Assembly (NCBI RefSeq): GCF_009914755.1
Contig: NC_060929.1
Length of the DNA stretch: 64,000 nucleotides
Source of the DNA: the human T2T-CHM13v2.0 reference genome, Homo sapiens
Strand: one strand, 5' to 3'
Of the stretch, positions 42,176 to 56,647 are shown in pieces (the stretch's first letter is position 1; the number at the start of each line of letters is the position of its first letter). The notes beneath the pieces are model-generated. The model was not told the origin of the DNA. It worked only from the letters and a program-made list of their open reading frames with translations, and did no database searches. Both the position numbers and the translations under genes were made by a program.

Positions 42176-44275
42176 TGTAATTTTCTTGTAATGTCATTGT
42201 CTTGTTTGGGTATTGGGGTAATCATGGCATCACAGAATGATTAGGAAGTGCTCCATCTATTTCTGCTTTCTGGAGGAGATTGGGATGAGTTGGTATCATT
42301 CTTTCGATGTTTGGTAGAATTCACCAGTGAAAGAAAGCTGGTGCTTTCTTTTTTGGAAGGTTATTAATTACTGCTTTAATTTCTCTAGTAGATATAGAAG
42401 TATTTTGGTTATCTATTTCTTCTTGCATGGGTTTTGACAGCTCATGTCTTTCAAGGAATTGGTCCATTTCATCTGAATCATCAAATTTTTGTGAGCATAG
42501 AATTTTTCGTAGTATTCCTTTATTAGCTGTTGAATATTCATGAGATCAGTTGCAATGACTCTTCTTTCATTTATGATGCTGATAATTTGTGTCTTTCTTT
42601 TTTTTGGTTAGTTTGGGTAGAGATGTTTATCAATTTTTTTGATATTTTCAAAGTATAACTTTTGGTTTCTTTGATTTTTCTCTATTATTTTACTGTTTTC
42701 AATTTTATCATATTTTGCTCTTTTTGTTATTATACATTTTTTTCTTTTGCTTGCTTTAGGCTCAAATTCCTTTTTAAAAAATTTTCTAAGGTGAAAACTT
42801 AGTTTATTGATTTTATATCTTTTCTATTTTCTAATATAAGCATTACATTTTAATTTAGTTAAAATATTTAGAATTTTTTGAGATTTTTATTTCATGGATT
42901 ACTTACAGATGTGCTATTTAGTTTCCAAATGTTTGGGGATTTTTCCAAGTATCCTTCTGTTTGCCTTTGTCCCCTTCTGGTATTTCTGTTATGTGTGACA
43001 CATTTTGTTATTGTCTCACATTCTTGAATGTTCTGTTTTTTAAAAAACTAGCCTTTTTTTCTCTTGCATTTCAGTTTGGGAAGTTTCTATTGATATATCT
43101 TTAATCTCTCCTCAGCCATGTTGGATCTACTAATTCTCTTTCTGATAATTTCAAAAATTATGTCACATCATCTGTGTCCGAGTCTGATGATTGCTTTGTC
43201 TCTGCAGACTGCTTTCTCTTGGTTTTGTCTTCATGATCTTTTTTGAAAACCAGATTTGTTGGATAGAGTAACAGAAACTGAGGTAAACAGGCCTGTAGTG
43301 AGAGGGCATATATTAATATCGTGAAGATCTCATCTGTATTTAATGTCTTCTGTAGCCATAGGAGCCAGATAATTCAAATTTTTTCTAGTTTGTTATTTTT
43401 GTCTCCCCTCTTGACTTTGGGCTTGCCTAAGTTCTCCCAGTCAGAGAAAGTCCATGTCTTATAGCTCTCTCAGTTGTAACCCACTATTGTTATACTGGAG
43501 CTTTGTGTGTAGTAAGATGCTGGAGAGGGAGAGTATTTTATAATTTTCTGATTAGATTTCTGACTTTTAGTGGGTCTGTGCATCAGCGCTGTGATCTCCT
43601 GACTGTTTCTCCAGTGGTAAGGTTCTCCCCTGCTCCCTACCACCTTCCCTGGCTGCAGCATATCCAGCCTGTTCTTTGACACCCTGACCCTTGTTGACCT
43701 TTATTCCTCTTAAGGGTAAGAAGGGTTAGAGGGAGATGGAGGGGGAGGAATCCTCTTCTCCCAGCTGTGATAGACTATGGCAATGGGCTTTTCACCTGAC
43801 CAATAGACCTTGGTTATGGAGGAACCCCTTGTCATATTTCACAATGACTATTCTTCCCCTCCCTTAACAGAGATCCAAGGGCCAAAGAGATCTTTCTAGG
43901 ATTATCACTGTGAGAATCTGGTAAAGTTTCTGGAGGTAAGGTCCAAAACATTGTGAGGATCTCACTAAGATTGTGGCCCCAAGGAGTTTCTTACTCTGGA
44001 GCTAGTCCACGCACAGCCTCCAGTAAGCCACAAAAATTACTCTAAGTGTTTCTACTAGTTACTGTCTTCAGAGGTGTCTTTTCACAGTAAGAAGTTTTTG
44101 GTTGTGTCTCTTTAATGGGATTATCTCTTCAGATTTCCAGGTGGTGATTTTTCCTGTGACTTCAGCTGCTCTGAATCCAAGAAAAGACATTAATTTCAGA
44201 TTGTCCAGCTTTTTCTTGTTGTAAAGATGAGGGTAATGACTTGCAGGGTCTTTATATGTCAAAATGAAACTGTAA
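42176..44275 (-). mobile_element. Ancient L1M (L1MC/MD) ORF2 and 5' region fragments
   Basis: tgtttggtagaattcaccagtgaa, ctttcaaggaattggtccatttcatc, ctctctcagttgtaacccactattgttatactggagc. Confidence 0.8.
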
Positions 44276-45294
44276 GTCCTCTTTCAAGCTTTAAAATAAA
44301 CCAAACATGCCACTAAAAACAGAAATCACAAACTGGCTTATTATAAATATTGGCTGGCATAAACTTTTTTGGTACTTAGTAGTTCTGTTTGATAATGGTA
44401 TAACCATAAAATAATGTCCTTATCAGTATATATTATTTAAAGATGCTGATTTCCTATATTTTAATATTATATCACTATTAGAATGTTTTCCTTGAAGAGT
44501 AATGCAACTTTTGTAACTTTTAAAATGAGATAAAATCTGTACTGCGGTTATAAAAATATCCATGTTGGACTCCTTTAATAAATTTTATCTGTTGTTTTCA
44601 AAGCATTTATAGACATTCCCTATTTAACCTTCATTTTCATGATGAAAACAGAATGATGTTATGTATCTTTAGCTATTTTAACCTAAAAAATTGAGACACC
44701 AAAAGGTCAAGTAATTATTTAAATGTTAATGTAACATCAATTCCATGCACTTGATATCCTCATGATTCTAGAAAAATTTTGAGCCTGGCTATGAAAATTA
44801 GTGAAGTAACTAAAAGTCAGTTAGAATGTTCAGACTTTAAGGTTAGAAGTAAGAAAAGTTTTATATATGAGGACAAACAGAAGAAATTCTCTGGAATTAA
44901 ATATAAAGCTGCAATCAGAACAGAAACTTTTCATAAGTCAGGCTTGTAAGTATTGGCCAATATAATTTGCAGTGATGTATACATGTCAGTCATCTTCAAA
45001 GAGATGTTTTTATTAACCTCACAGCATATGTGCTGTAGTCCTTCCAATAAGCAATAAAAGTGGAATATACAAGTAAGACTATTGGCAAAGATAGGTAACC
45101 TTTTTAACTATTATAAATATTGGTGGTTTTCTTTTACTCAGTTGTTTCTCTGCAGCATATTGTGTACCTGTTTGTTTTTGCCTGGTTTGTCATCAACTCT
45201 TCAACCAAGGTCTGCTTCTTGATTACTTTGCTTAAATTTCAGATCAATTTAGGATAGATAAACGGGGCACCACCTATCTTGTAGGTAAAATTGT

Positions 45295-45427
45295 ATTTTC
45301 AAGGTCACAAAGCCTAGCTCCCTCCCCAGACATTCTGACTTAATTGCCATTAGCTGTTATCTGTGCACTGGGATTTTCAAAAGCTCCCTAGGTGATTCTA
45401 ATGTGCGGCAAAGTTTTGGAACCACTA
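45295..45427 (+). mobile_element. MER5A fragment
   Basis: aaaagctccctaggtgattctaatgtgcggcaaagttttggaaccact. Confidence 0.8.
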
Positions 45428-46809
45428 CTTTACTTTCTGAAATTTTGGTATAAATTTTATTCTGGCTTTGTAGGAATCAAAGATCCCCGTAGAGATTTTG
45501 TCACTATATTTCAGTTTGCTAGTGTACGAACTAATACGATGTTTATTTAGTTGTTATCTTTATATGGGCCCAATGTGACTTCTAAATAGTTATTTCCAAT
45601 TAGCTAAGAGTTTACTACATATTTTTAATAGTGAGAAATTAGAACAAATTATTGGCACCCCCAACTTCTGATATTGCACAAATAATCTAAGAAGGATGGC
45701 AATTGTTCACTCTTTAAATTCTTCAGAGAAGTTACTCAAACAATACTGGTAATAAATTCAAAGAATTAAAAATTGTAAAATTGTTATAATTACTATTTCC
45801 TGGCTTCTGGGTTGGAGACAGAAGTTAGTTAGCACTTGCTGTATCCCTGGCATTATACTAAAAATCATATTTAAATTAGCTTTAATTTCTACAAAGTTTT
45901 CTGTACGTTTATTTCAATTTGCCAGGATGAAAGTGATATGATAGACCGATCTCTCTCATGAATATTTGAACTTAAAAGAAAATGTCAGGGAGAAGAAAAT
46001 TCTAAAGCTTAGAATGGATATCTAATAATGAAACTTCAGGCATCAGGCAGAACAATATCTTTAGAAGAAGTGACTTTACATTCTATCTCAATGACATTAT
46101 CTGTTCTTTCATTTTTCCTATCCTTATTTTGTCTGCGGCCAATTCTGATCCATCTTTTCTTAGTTTCAAATTTGAAATTATCCCATGTCTTAGTGTCAAC
46201 GTGTCAACCTGGAACATATGGAGATAAAAACCTAAACAAAGCAAGACTCCTTGGAACACTACTTAGCCATTGCGAAAGCATTTTAAGTTCTGTATAGATG
46301 GCAATCATTTTTTTTCAAATGAGGCAGGAACACAACTAAATGAAATGTCTCCTTGAAAAAGGAAATTTGTGCCTTTATGCACATTTCTGGCTTAGCAGGT
46401 AACATGACCTAGAATGGAGAACTGGCATCTCAGATTTTCTCTATCCTGGTTAAACATCACCAGTTACATGGTCACTCAAGTCTGAAGTCTTGAAGTGATT
46501 TGACAATTTTACCTTAGCTCATTTTAATTGGTCACTAAATCCTATTAGGGCTGCGTTTGAAAACCCTTGATTTTATCCTATTTTACTCTTCCCATCTCTC
46601 TGCCTTAATTCTTGCCCTAATCTCTTATTTGAATTAAAACAATTGCTTCCTAACTGTTTCACCTAGAAAACAGACATTTACCCCGAATATGATATGCACG
46701 GTAGCCTAGGTTCATGTGAGCTGTGAGACCTGAAAGTCATATAATATATTCAGGAGCAAAAATTCTGACCAAATAAGAGGAAGAGAAGTTTACGCAAGTT
46801 TTTACTTTT

Positions 46810-47180
46810 TTTTTGAAAAAACTTTTTTATTATGAAGTATAATCCACAAATATAAAAGTGTATACAACAAATTTGCAGCTCAACGAATTACCCTCCCCCC
46901 CCGCCCCACCCCCCCCCACACAAACTCATGTAGCCACCAGCCCAAGGAAAGAATATGGGTGGAGAGTTGCCATACTCCAGAAACTCCCCTTCTGGTTCCT
47001 CTCAATCAATCCTGGTAATAAATTCAAAGAATTTATTTTTGCCTCCCCAGACATAGCCTGTTATCCTGACTTCCACAACAGTTTAGTTGTGCCTGTTTAT
47101 GAACGATATGTAAATGGAATCATACAGTATGCTACATCTAGAGCCTTTTACTCAACATATTGTGCGTGTTTCACCATTCT
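46810..47180 (-). mobile_element. L1ME-type 3' end fragment
   Basis: ttttttattatgaagtataat...tgcctgtttatgaacgatatgtaaatggaatcatacagtatg. Confidence 0.7.
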
Positions 47181-47785
47181 TCCCTTGTCGTGCCATCATG
47201 TTCAATGTGGGTATGAACCGGGCTAAGAGTTGCCTTTTCTCAGGCCTGAGAGCATCTCACTCATATGTAATTCCCTGTTCTTTTATTATTCTCTCTCCCA
47301 TCAGATTCCATGTTGACAGTGAAATTCACAGAAAAAGAGGCTCTTTTTCCTTCCCCTAGGGTTCCAGCAGGGCAGGAGGCAGCCTGATGGAAGGTGCTGA
47401 GGAGGGAAGGGTTCTGTGACCTACTTCCCCATGCAGAGCTTCTACCTTCTGAAAGCTTTCACAGATAGGACTCATTACCTGAGCCCTCATTAACTGACTT
47501 CTAGGTGCCCTGAAAAGGCAATCACTTGTTGCATTTACTATCATTTTATGTTCATTTAAAAACAAGGTAAAATACTTTTTCCTCACTATAAGATGGCAAT
47601 ATAAAAATAACTTTCATGTCTTTCTAGATAGAAAGAAATTTTCTAGGCCATTTGGGGCATTGTATAGTAGGTGCTCTTATGCATGGTACATTCATTCCTA
47701 AAATCAAATAATATTCTGATGAGATATGTAATAGAGGTGTACAGAGATAATAGAGAAATGCAAAACCTTCTGCTATATTTGATAC

Positions 47786-48081
<296 letters not shown>

Positions 48082-48586
48082 TATATTTGATATTTTAATT
48101 ACTATTAAGATGATTTAAGAAAATGCACATAGATTCCTTCTAGTTATGTGCATTTTCTTTTTAAAATCTTCTTTTATTATAATTTATAATATAAAATTGT
48201 ATGTTTGCAACTTCTGTTGCTTACATTTCCTATACCTAGCTACTCCATGTTTCTGTATCTTTTATCCTGCTGTTCCCTTTGCCTTCAGTGCCTTTCCCAG
48301 CTTCCCCTTTTCAAGGCCATGTTCAAGTAACGTCTTCCCAGGAAGGCATTCCTAACTCTAGTTTGGGAAGATGACACTCCTTTATGCTCTCATAACACCC
48401 TGTCTTGGTCTATCCTATCATTTAATTGTAGTACATTGAAATCCTTTATATTTTCTGTTTCTCTCATGAAACTTAAGCTCTTCAAAATCAGTTACTTTTT
48501 GTATTATTTATATATCCCAGCACAATTCCAATCAGAGAGCAGACACTTGATAATTGCTGAAGTAAGTTAGTGAATGTGATCTAGTG

Positions 48587-48768
48587 CAGAGGTTCTCCCA
48601 GTGTGACTCCAGACCAACATTATCACTGTCATCTGGGAACTTGTTTGAAATGCAGATTCTCCAATTCCACTCCAGACTTATTGAATCAGAAACTTTGGGC
48701 CCCAGCAATTTGTGGATTAATAAACCTTCCAGGTGATTCTGATGTTCAGTAAAGTTTGGGAACTATTG
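48587..48768 (+). mobile_element. MER5A, near full length
   Basis: cagaggttctc...gggaacttgtttgaaatgcagattct...ccaggtgattctgatg...aagtttgggaactattg. Confidence 0.9.
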
Positions 48769-49870
48769 ATCTCAGATGGTTTGCTTGACTTTTGGATGAT
48801 GGGCAGGGTCTAAATTTCTTTTAATATGCCTTCTAATGATAAAATCCACGATCATATGAGAATTCCTGCAACTGCCACTTCCAAAATAACCTCATTTATT
48901 CTTCCTGTATTTAAGTTTACATTAAGTTTAGGAGGAGAATCACGTAAAAATTGTTTCGTTTTCTTGATTTTGATTAGTTCAGTGATCCAACAAAGTTATT
49001 AGGAAGCAGAACATTTATTGGGCATCTTTACTGTAAATACAGATTAGATGTTAAATGAGTATTTCAGAGCTAGAGGCAAGGGTCTCCAGTGCCCCTTCTT
49101 ATCTATACCCCATGTTCCTCTAGATAGTTGCAACTTTCAGACTATTTGAAATAGAAACAGTACAACTTTAAAGTCAAGAGACTTAGGCTGAGACAGCTAC
49201 TTTCTAATTCCCCCGTAAAAACTTGACACCGCACCAGATTTCCAATAATTTTCTTTACGCTGATTCCTTGAAAAAGCAACTCTCCTGTGAATGTTAATGT
49301 GGTTACTTGTCTGTCTTATGATTGTTTTCCCGTGTATTGAAAAAAATCCAATTTAGTGCCAACCATTAATCATATCTTAGGCTATTTGTACCTGAACATG
49401 AAAGGTGTACATCTTAAGAAAATCCTTCATGATTACAGTGAAACACAGACAAAAAGCCATGGTGTTAATATGATCAAGGACTTTTTGACTATAAATTTTG
49501 AGATCAAAGTTATTGTATACGACCCTTCAGAAAGCTACATGGTCTCTGAGCACTCTAGCTAATGAACAATTCTACGGTGATATTATGCTGTGTGTGTTTA
49601 ATAGCATCTAACTTCTTGTTACTTTGGCATATTATTAAAGGTTCCTAGAGACATGCCAACAGTGAAAATGCCACTTTATCATTCTGTATTTTTTCCTCCC
49701 TCTACCGTTAAAATAAATTATAAATATACATATAGCTTTTATGGTTATGATACTAACTCATCTTTTAAACAATTCTTCTGTTGTAATTTATAATAGCAAA
49801 TTGTATGTTTGCAAACTCTGTTGCCTACCTTTGCTGCTAAGAGGAATTCAGATAATAAACTTTATAAATA

Positions 49871-50525
49871 CAGCAGTGTCCTATTATCTTTAGGGGAGAT
49901 GTTCCAAGACTCCCAGTGGATGTCTGAAATTGAAGATAATACCGAACCCAATTGCCCTCAGTCAGAACAGGATTCTGTTCATGTTTTCCGCTCACAAATT
50001 TAATGACTTTTTCATCGTAAATAAGCACTTATGCACTGTGGGCATTTTGCAGTTTGAAGTGCAACAGCAAAACTAGCACAGATTTTATTTTTCCTTTTCA
50101 CAATTTCATGGATAGAAGGTTTGTTCTTATTGTACATCTTAGCAACCTTGGCATACGATTTTTCTTTTCTTTCCTTATTAAGTTGAGAACTTTCAGTTTT
50201 CACTTAAAGGAAACACCTTATGGCTTCTCTTTGGCATAGCCAAAATGCCAGCATCATTATTCTTACACTTTGGGGCCATTTTTGAGTGAAATAAGGGTTA
50301 CTTGAATGGCAGCTTTGCAACATCGTGTCGATCTGATAACCACAATGGCTACTAAAGGGCAAAGAGCATCTACAGCATGGATCCGCTGGACAAAAGGATG
50401 CATGAAGCGGGACAGAGTGAAGTTTTATCATGCTACTCAGAACAGTATGCAATTTAAAACTTATGAATTATTTCTGGAATTTTCTGTTTAATATTTTCAT
50501 ACTGTGGTTGGCGGCAAGACCACTG
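49871..50525 (-). mobile_element. MER44/Tigger7 internally deleted DNA transposon
   Basis: TA-flanked cagcagt...cactg termini; ORF 50012-50203 retains a CENP-B-like HTH remnant (SYAKVAKMYNKNKPSIHEIVKRKNKICASFAVALQTAK). Confidence 0.88.
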
Positions 50526-50699
50526 TATAAGCAATTTTAGTATGTATTATTTCTGTGGTTATATATGAAAATAAAGCATGCTGTCTTTTATATTCAAAGG
50601 AGTCGTTTGTTTAGTTTAACTTAACTAAATTTGCAAAACGCTTTCTATATGTAGGTACTATGAGGACACCGGAAATACTAAGACAGTAAAACCTAGTTC

Positions 50700-50934
50700 T
50701 TGTAAATGGCCATTTTTCTCCCTGTGTTTTTCCTTGATCCTTCTCTGTGCATATCTACATCCCAATCTCCTCTTAATAGGAAGACAGTTATATTGGATTG
50801 GGGCCCACCCTGATGTCTTTATTTTAAGTTACCTTTTTTAAAGACCATATCTCCAAATACAGTTATATTCTTATGTACTGAGAGTCATAACTTCAACATG
50901 TGAACTTTTGAGCGGACATAATTCAGTTATAACA
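50700..50934 (-). mobile_element. MLT1 (A-C type) LTR fragment
   Basis: atattggattggggcccaccctgatg...tctccaaatacagttatattc...cttcaacatgtgaacttt...cataattcag..ataaca. Confidence 0.8.
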
Positions 50935-51321
50935 TTCATAGTTCTATCACGTCTAAAGTCTTCTATTCTGATACACCAAACACTCACTGCCAACTTCTAT
51001 CTCTTCAGTTCTATCACGAAACGTCATGAAGCTCTCCAATGTTGAACTGCTTGTTCTCCAGAGCCATCAATTCTTCATGGCTTTATATATTCTGTACCCA
51101 CCTGACCTCCATAATGACTTTAACCACTAAAATGACAAGAGCTGTAACATTAAGTTCCAAAGTCTTTTCCAACTACCTACCCTGTACATTATTCACTGAG
51201 TCACAAATTGGCTTGAAGAAATCACCCAAATATAAAAGTTAGTGCTGCTGTCAATTCACAGCCTTAGTTGTAAATATCCAAATTCATTCTATCTCAGTAG
51301 GCAACTTTGCCTTTTTACATT

Positions 51322-51447
51322 ATTTTTCCAAGAGATGGGGTCTTGCACTGTTGCCAAGGGTTGGTCTCAAACTCCTGTGCTCAAGTGATCCTCTCACCTC
51401 AGCCTCTTGAATTGCTGGGATTCCAGGCATGTGCCAATGTGCCTGTC
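51322..51447 (-). mobile_element. Alu monomer (FLAM)
   Basis: agagatggggtcttgcactgttgcc...tcaagtgatcctctcacctcagcc; single arm. Confidence 0.85.
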
Positions 51448-51744
51448 TATCTATGCCTCTCTTTAAAATAGAAAATGGGTTGTTGAGTTCCTTAACTTCC
51501 TTTCTTTATATGCATATTTCCTTATGTTGCAGAACATTTATTTCTGTAAATAAAATTTATTCATTTATATTTACTCTTATCTCTTACCTCTAAATGCAAA
51601 AGAAGACTGTACACTTTACTTTAAAATTTTTTTATTCCCTTCCTATTCTTTCTTTAGCCTTTTCTTTATCAATTAATTACTCATTTAGCTTTTGTTTTCC
51701 TACTAATTCTTTTTTTATCAGTATAGAAAGATACCTGACTAGTA

Positions 51745-52059
51745 TAGTCATGTATTGCTTAATGAAAGAGATCTGTTCTGGGAAAGGTATTGTTAGGTAA
51801 TTTTGTCATTGTGTGAACATCATAGAATATACTTTCAAAAATCTAGATACTATAGCCTACTATACACCCAGGCTATATGGTATAACCTCTTGCTTCTAGG
51901 CTACAAACCTGTATAGCATGTTACTATATTGAATACTATAGGCAACTGTAACACAATGGTAAGTATTTGTGTATCTCAACATATCTAAACATAGAAAAGG
52001 TACAGTGGGAATATGAAATAAAAGATAAAAAATGGTACACCTACATAGAGCACTTACCA

Positions 52060-52060
<1 letters not shown>
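51745..52060 (+). mobile_element. Tigger3 (Golem) left end, truncated
   Basis: agtcatgtattgcttaatga...ggctacaaacctgtatagcatgttact...aaaatggtacacctacatagagcacttaccat. Confidence 0.88.
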
Positions 52061-53072
<1,012 letters not shown>

Positions 53073-53073
53073 T

Positions 53074-53434
53074 TTCTCTACCACGATGATGCTTCTGCTC
53101 ATTATTCTCATCAAATGGGAATTTTGTAAGAGTTTCGGTGAGAAATTAGGCAGCCTTTACAGTCCTGATTTGGCTCCTTCTGACTTCTCTTTGTTTCCTA
53201 ATTTTATATAGTTTTTAAAAGATGCTAATTTTTCTTCAGTTAATAATGTAAAAAATACTACATTGACTTGGTTAAAATTTTGAGACCCTCAGTTCTTTAT
53301 GGATGGACCAAATGTCTGGTATCATTACTGAGCAAAATGTTTTGAACTTGATAGAGCTTATGCTGAGAAATAAAATTTGTATTTTTAAATTTTATCTTTT
53401 GATATTTTTCCACAACCTTTTTGAAGGGCCTTTG
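53074..53434 (+). mobile_element. HSMAR2 mariner 3' fragment
   Basis: tacagtcctgatttggctccttctgacttc encodes YSPDLAPSDF; upstream decayed HDNA-type motif; terminal inverted repeat remnant ttccacaacctttttgaag...g|ta. Confidence 0.88.
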
Positions 53435-55249
53435 TATAATCTTATGTAATGTATATATGTGTTATACATGTGTATAATGTTTTTTGCCATTTCTGCTGTT
53501 GAAGAAATGTTTAGGAGGCATTGTATGTCTAAAATGCTCCCCCAGATAGAATCAACTGGTCATTTTATATTTCTCTGTAATTTGTTTATGCTGTAAATAA
53601 CTGAATCATATTTTAAAAGTTATATCTATCAACCTCATTTTAGCTTCAAGTGAGAATTTGTATGAAAAATAACACAATACAATATCGTATGGGAAACAAT
53701 AGCAGTAAAATGTGGCAAAGGTAGCAGAAGATTGGCAATTTGGATAAGCAGCAGTTTTTCTATTCTCCAACACATAACATTATGAAAATAAGCAAGACTA
53801 AGGAAACATATGGGAAGGACTGTGAATATTAAGTTATTTATCATAAAAGTCAATTCGTATGATTGCTTTTCTTTAATAAAATGTTCAGTAACATAATAAA
53901 ATATGCATAAATACAAAATGAATGCTCCATTTCAAAGCACGTCTATAGGACTTATGGGAATAATGTAACAGATAGACATAATTAATGTGATAGCTGCTGA
54001 ATAACTTAAACTCGGATATAGCAGATAATGGTAGGGAAAAGGCTTTAGCCCAGTCATGGTTTATGTTTCAAATGGTGTTTGGAGAAATGAATATTTCACA
54101 GTGGAGAGTGAAAAACAGACTCTGACCATGATTAAATAGGTAGAAATGTGAATAAATCCAACCAGCTATCTTCTTCATAAAAATATTTCCTTTAATACTA
54201 TAAAGAAAGAATGAAACATTTTAAGTTTAGTTATTCTTTATTAACTACATTGTTAAATATGACATATTTTTTCTGCTTCTTAGAAGTATTCTCTTTAATG
54301 TGCTATGACATCTGTAATTTTTCATTTCATTAAAATTCATTTGTCTTACCGCATATAATTAGAAAATACAAACATATTTTATATTTAAAATGTAATTTGT
54401 GGTTTTTAAGGAGAAATCCAAGATATAAACTGGACAATTTCATTATTGCCCATAAGATCAATAAGATCCTAGTAAAATGGAAGATCATAGATAAAGCAGG
54501 GAGCAGAACAGTTAAAGGATTTTCTTGAAGTCAAATAGGATCAGAGTCACAAGCTGATGGAAAGGCATCATTCAGGAGTTTCAATAACAACTAAGCCTCA
54601 CAAGCTGAACAGTTTTGCATTGGTGGCATGAGCACATTTTAATCATTTGGATTAAACTTGGTAGCTTCTTTAGTGGTAGATTAATCTTGTGGCATGGTGA
54701 CAACCTCTGATGTCTCCTCTTATTTACTATCCTAGGAGTTGGAGAATTTTGTGAGGAAATTGTGTTTGGAGCTTGGCTACTCTTTGCTGGGCTACTTTCT
54801 GTTTAAACTTGCCTATGGTAAATGTGGTTCTAAAAGTCTGAACTTCTGGATTACTGAGGAATCCTCCTTATTATGAGCAAAGAACTAAACTCTATAAGGA
54901 GTGAAAGCTTAACAAAAATCATAAAACCAGTTCGAATAAATTCAGCCCCTGCTCTATCTCTTAGAGATGCATGTGTCTTATTTTTCATTCTGCTTTCCCC
55001 AGTCTTTATTTTAACCCTAAAAGAAGTTTTTACTTTGGTTTAAGAAGTCAGAAGGAGGTTATAGGGCAGGAACTGGTAAGAAAGATGGCCTGTGTTCTAT
55101 AACTTTATAGATCCCAGTCCTTTAAAATCCTCATACTTAACATAAACAATGAATCATTCTTTAGGACAGCAACTTCTCTTGTAAAGTTTTATAAGAAGGA
55201 AACTTGGCATAATTTTAAGTAGATGGGCTGGACATTATATTATGTGTAT

Positions 55250-55432
55250 TGTGCTAATGGTTTCCAGTATTTAATACCCTCCATAAAACCCCTGAGAGGT
55301 TGGTAATGATAATGACCTTATAGCACAGTTGGAGCAGCTGAATCTAAATGGGATATATAAACTTGCCTAAGATTTCTTAGCTCTGAAGTGGCAGAATTGG
55401 GATCAAACCTAAGTTTGTTTGCTTTCAAAAAT
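55250..55432 (-). mobile_element. MIR fragment
   Basis: aacttgcctaagat...agtggcagaattgggatcaaacctaag. Confidence 0.6.
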
Positions 55433-55449
55433 CACACCTACTTTTAGAC

Positions 55450-56325
55450 TTCCTGAATCTTGATATCTGTGTTCTTTCTCAGATTCTGGAGATTTTTACT
55501 CATTGTTATTATTTTTAAATAAGCTGTCTTGTCCTTTTTCTTTCCTTCTCCTTCTGAAATTCCCATAATGTGTACATTGGTCCACATGATAGTGTCCCAC
55601 ATGTCCCTTTAGCTATCATCTTTACCCCCCTTTTTTTCTGTTTTTGAAAATCTGACTGATTAATTTTCAATAGCTTATCTTTGAGGTCATTGATTATTTC
55701 TTCTCCTTGATTTAGACTGCTTTTGAACCCCCTCTTTTGGATCTAATTCTTCTATTTGGAACATATTTTCCTGTTTCTTCATTTTTCTTGACTTTCTGTG
55801 TTGGTGTCTATGAATTAGACAAGATATCTGCTGTTCCCAGTCTTCACAAACTGGACTTGTACAGTGGAAGACCCTGATCAATCAACCTGGCCAGAGATCC
55901 TGGGCCTCTCAAAACTTTATGCTAGTCCAAACCACCATCTTTGTTATTTGCAGCCCCCATGCGTTCGGTATCCCAAGCCCCATTAGTTCTCAAATACAGG
56001 CAAGTTAGAAGCCATATCCTTGGGTATCAGCCAGAAAAGTTGGGGCAGTGAATACGTGGTCAAAACCCTTCACTCCTCAGAAAAAAAACTAAGAAATTCC
56101 CTCCTGACGGTATGGCCCTGTACCAGGAGTGGGGATTTTGGTGAGAGTATGTCCAAGTTTTTCCTAATGTGGGCAGTTTTGCACTCACTCAAGGTACAGG
56201 AGACTCTCAGACAGTTGCTACGTTTCTCATAATGAGAATTAATCTCTGTCGCCATTGAGTCAGTGTGTCCATGGAGGGAAGGAGAGTCCAGAGCCTTCTG
56301 TTCTACCATCTTGCTAATATTATTC
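55450..56325 (-). mobile_element. Old L1M 5'/ORF1-start fragment
   Basis: ORF 55687-55881 has RKMKKQENMFQ (ORF1 N-terminus-like); ends ccttctgttctaccatcttgct. Confidence 0.7.
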
Positions 56326-56339
56326 TCCGACCTGTTTTT

Positions 56340-56647
56340 ATTTGTTATTTTATTTTATTTTACTTCTGAGACAGGGTCTTACTCTGTCAGCCAAACTGTA
56401 GTGCAGTGCAGTGATGTGATCATGTAGTCTCAATCTCCTGGGCTCAAGTGATTCTCCCACCTCAGCCTCCTGAGTAGCTGGGACTACAGTCGTGCACCAC
56501 CTCATCCAGTTAATTTAAAAAACTTTTTTGTAGAGACAGGGTCTCACTATGTTGCCAGGCTGGTCTTGAACTCCTGGCCTCAAGTGATTCTTCTGCCTTA
56601 GCCTTCCAAAGTGCTGGGATTATAGTCATGAGCCACTGCACCTGGCT
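56340..56647 (-). mobile_element. AluJ
   Basis: gagacagggtcttactctg, tcctgggctcaagtgat, gggtctcactatgttgcc; TSD-like cctgttttta on both sides. Confidence 0.92.

Noticed and set aside
50012-50203. Domesticated TIGD/CENP-B-like gene
   Set aside because: Only a short, decayed HTH remnant inside an internally deleted MER44/Tigger7.
53074-53434. Functional mariner transposase
   Set aside because: Only the 3' part is present, with indels and substitutions in the catalytic region.
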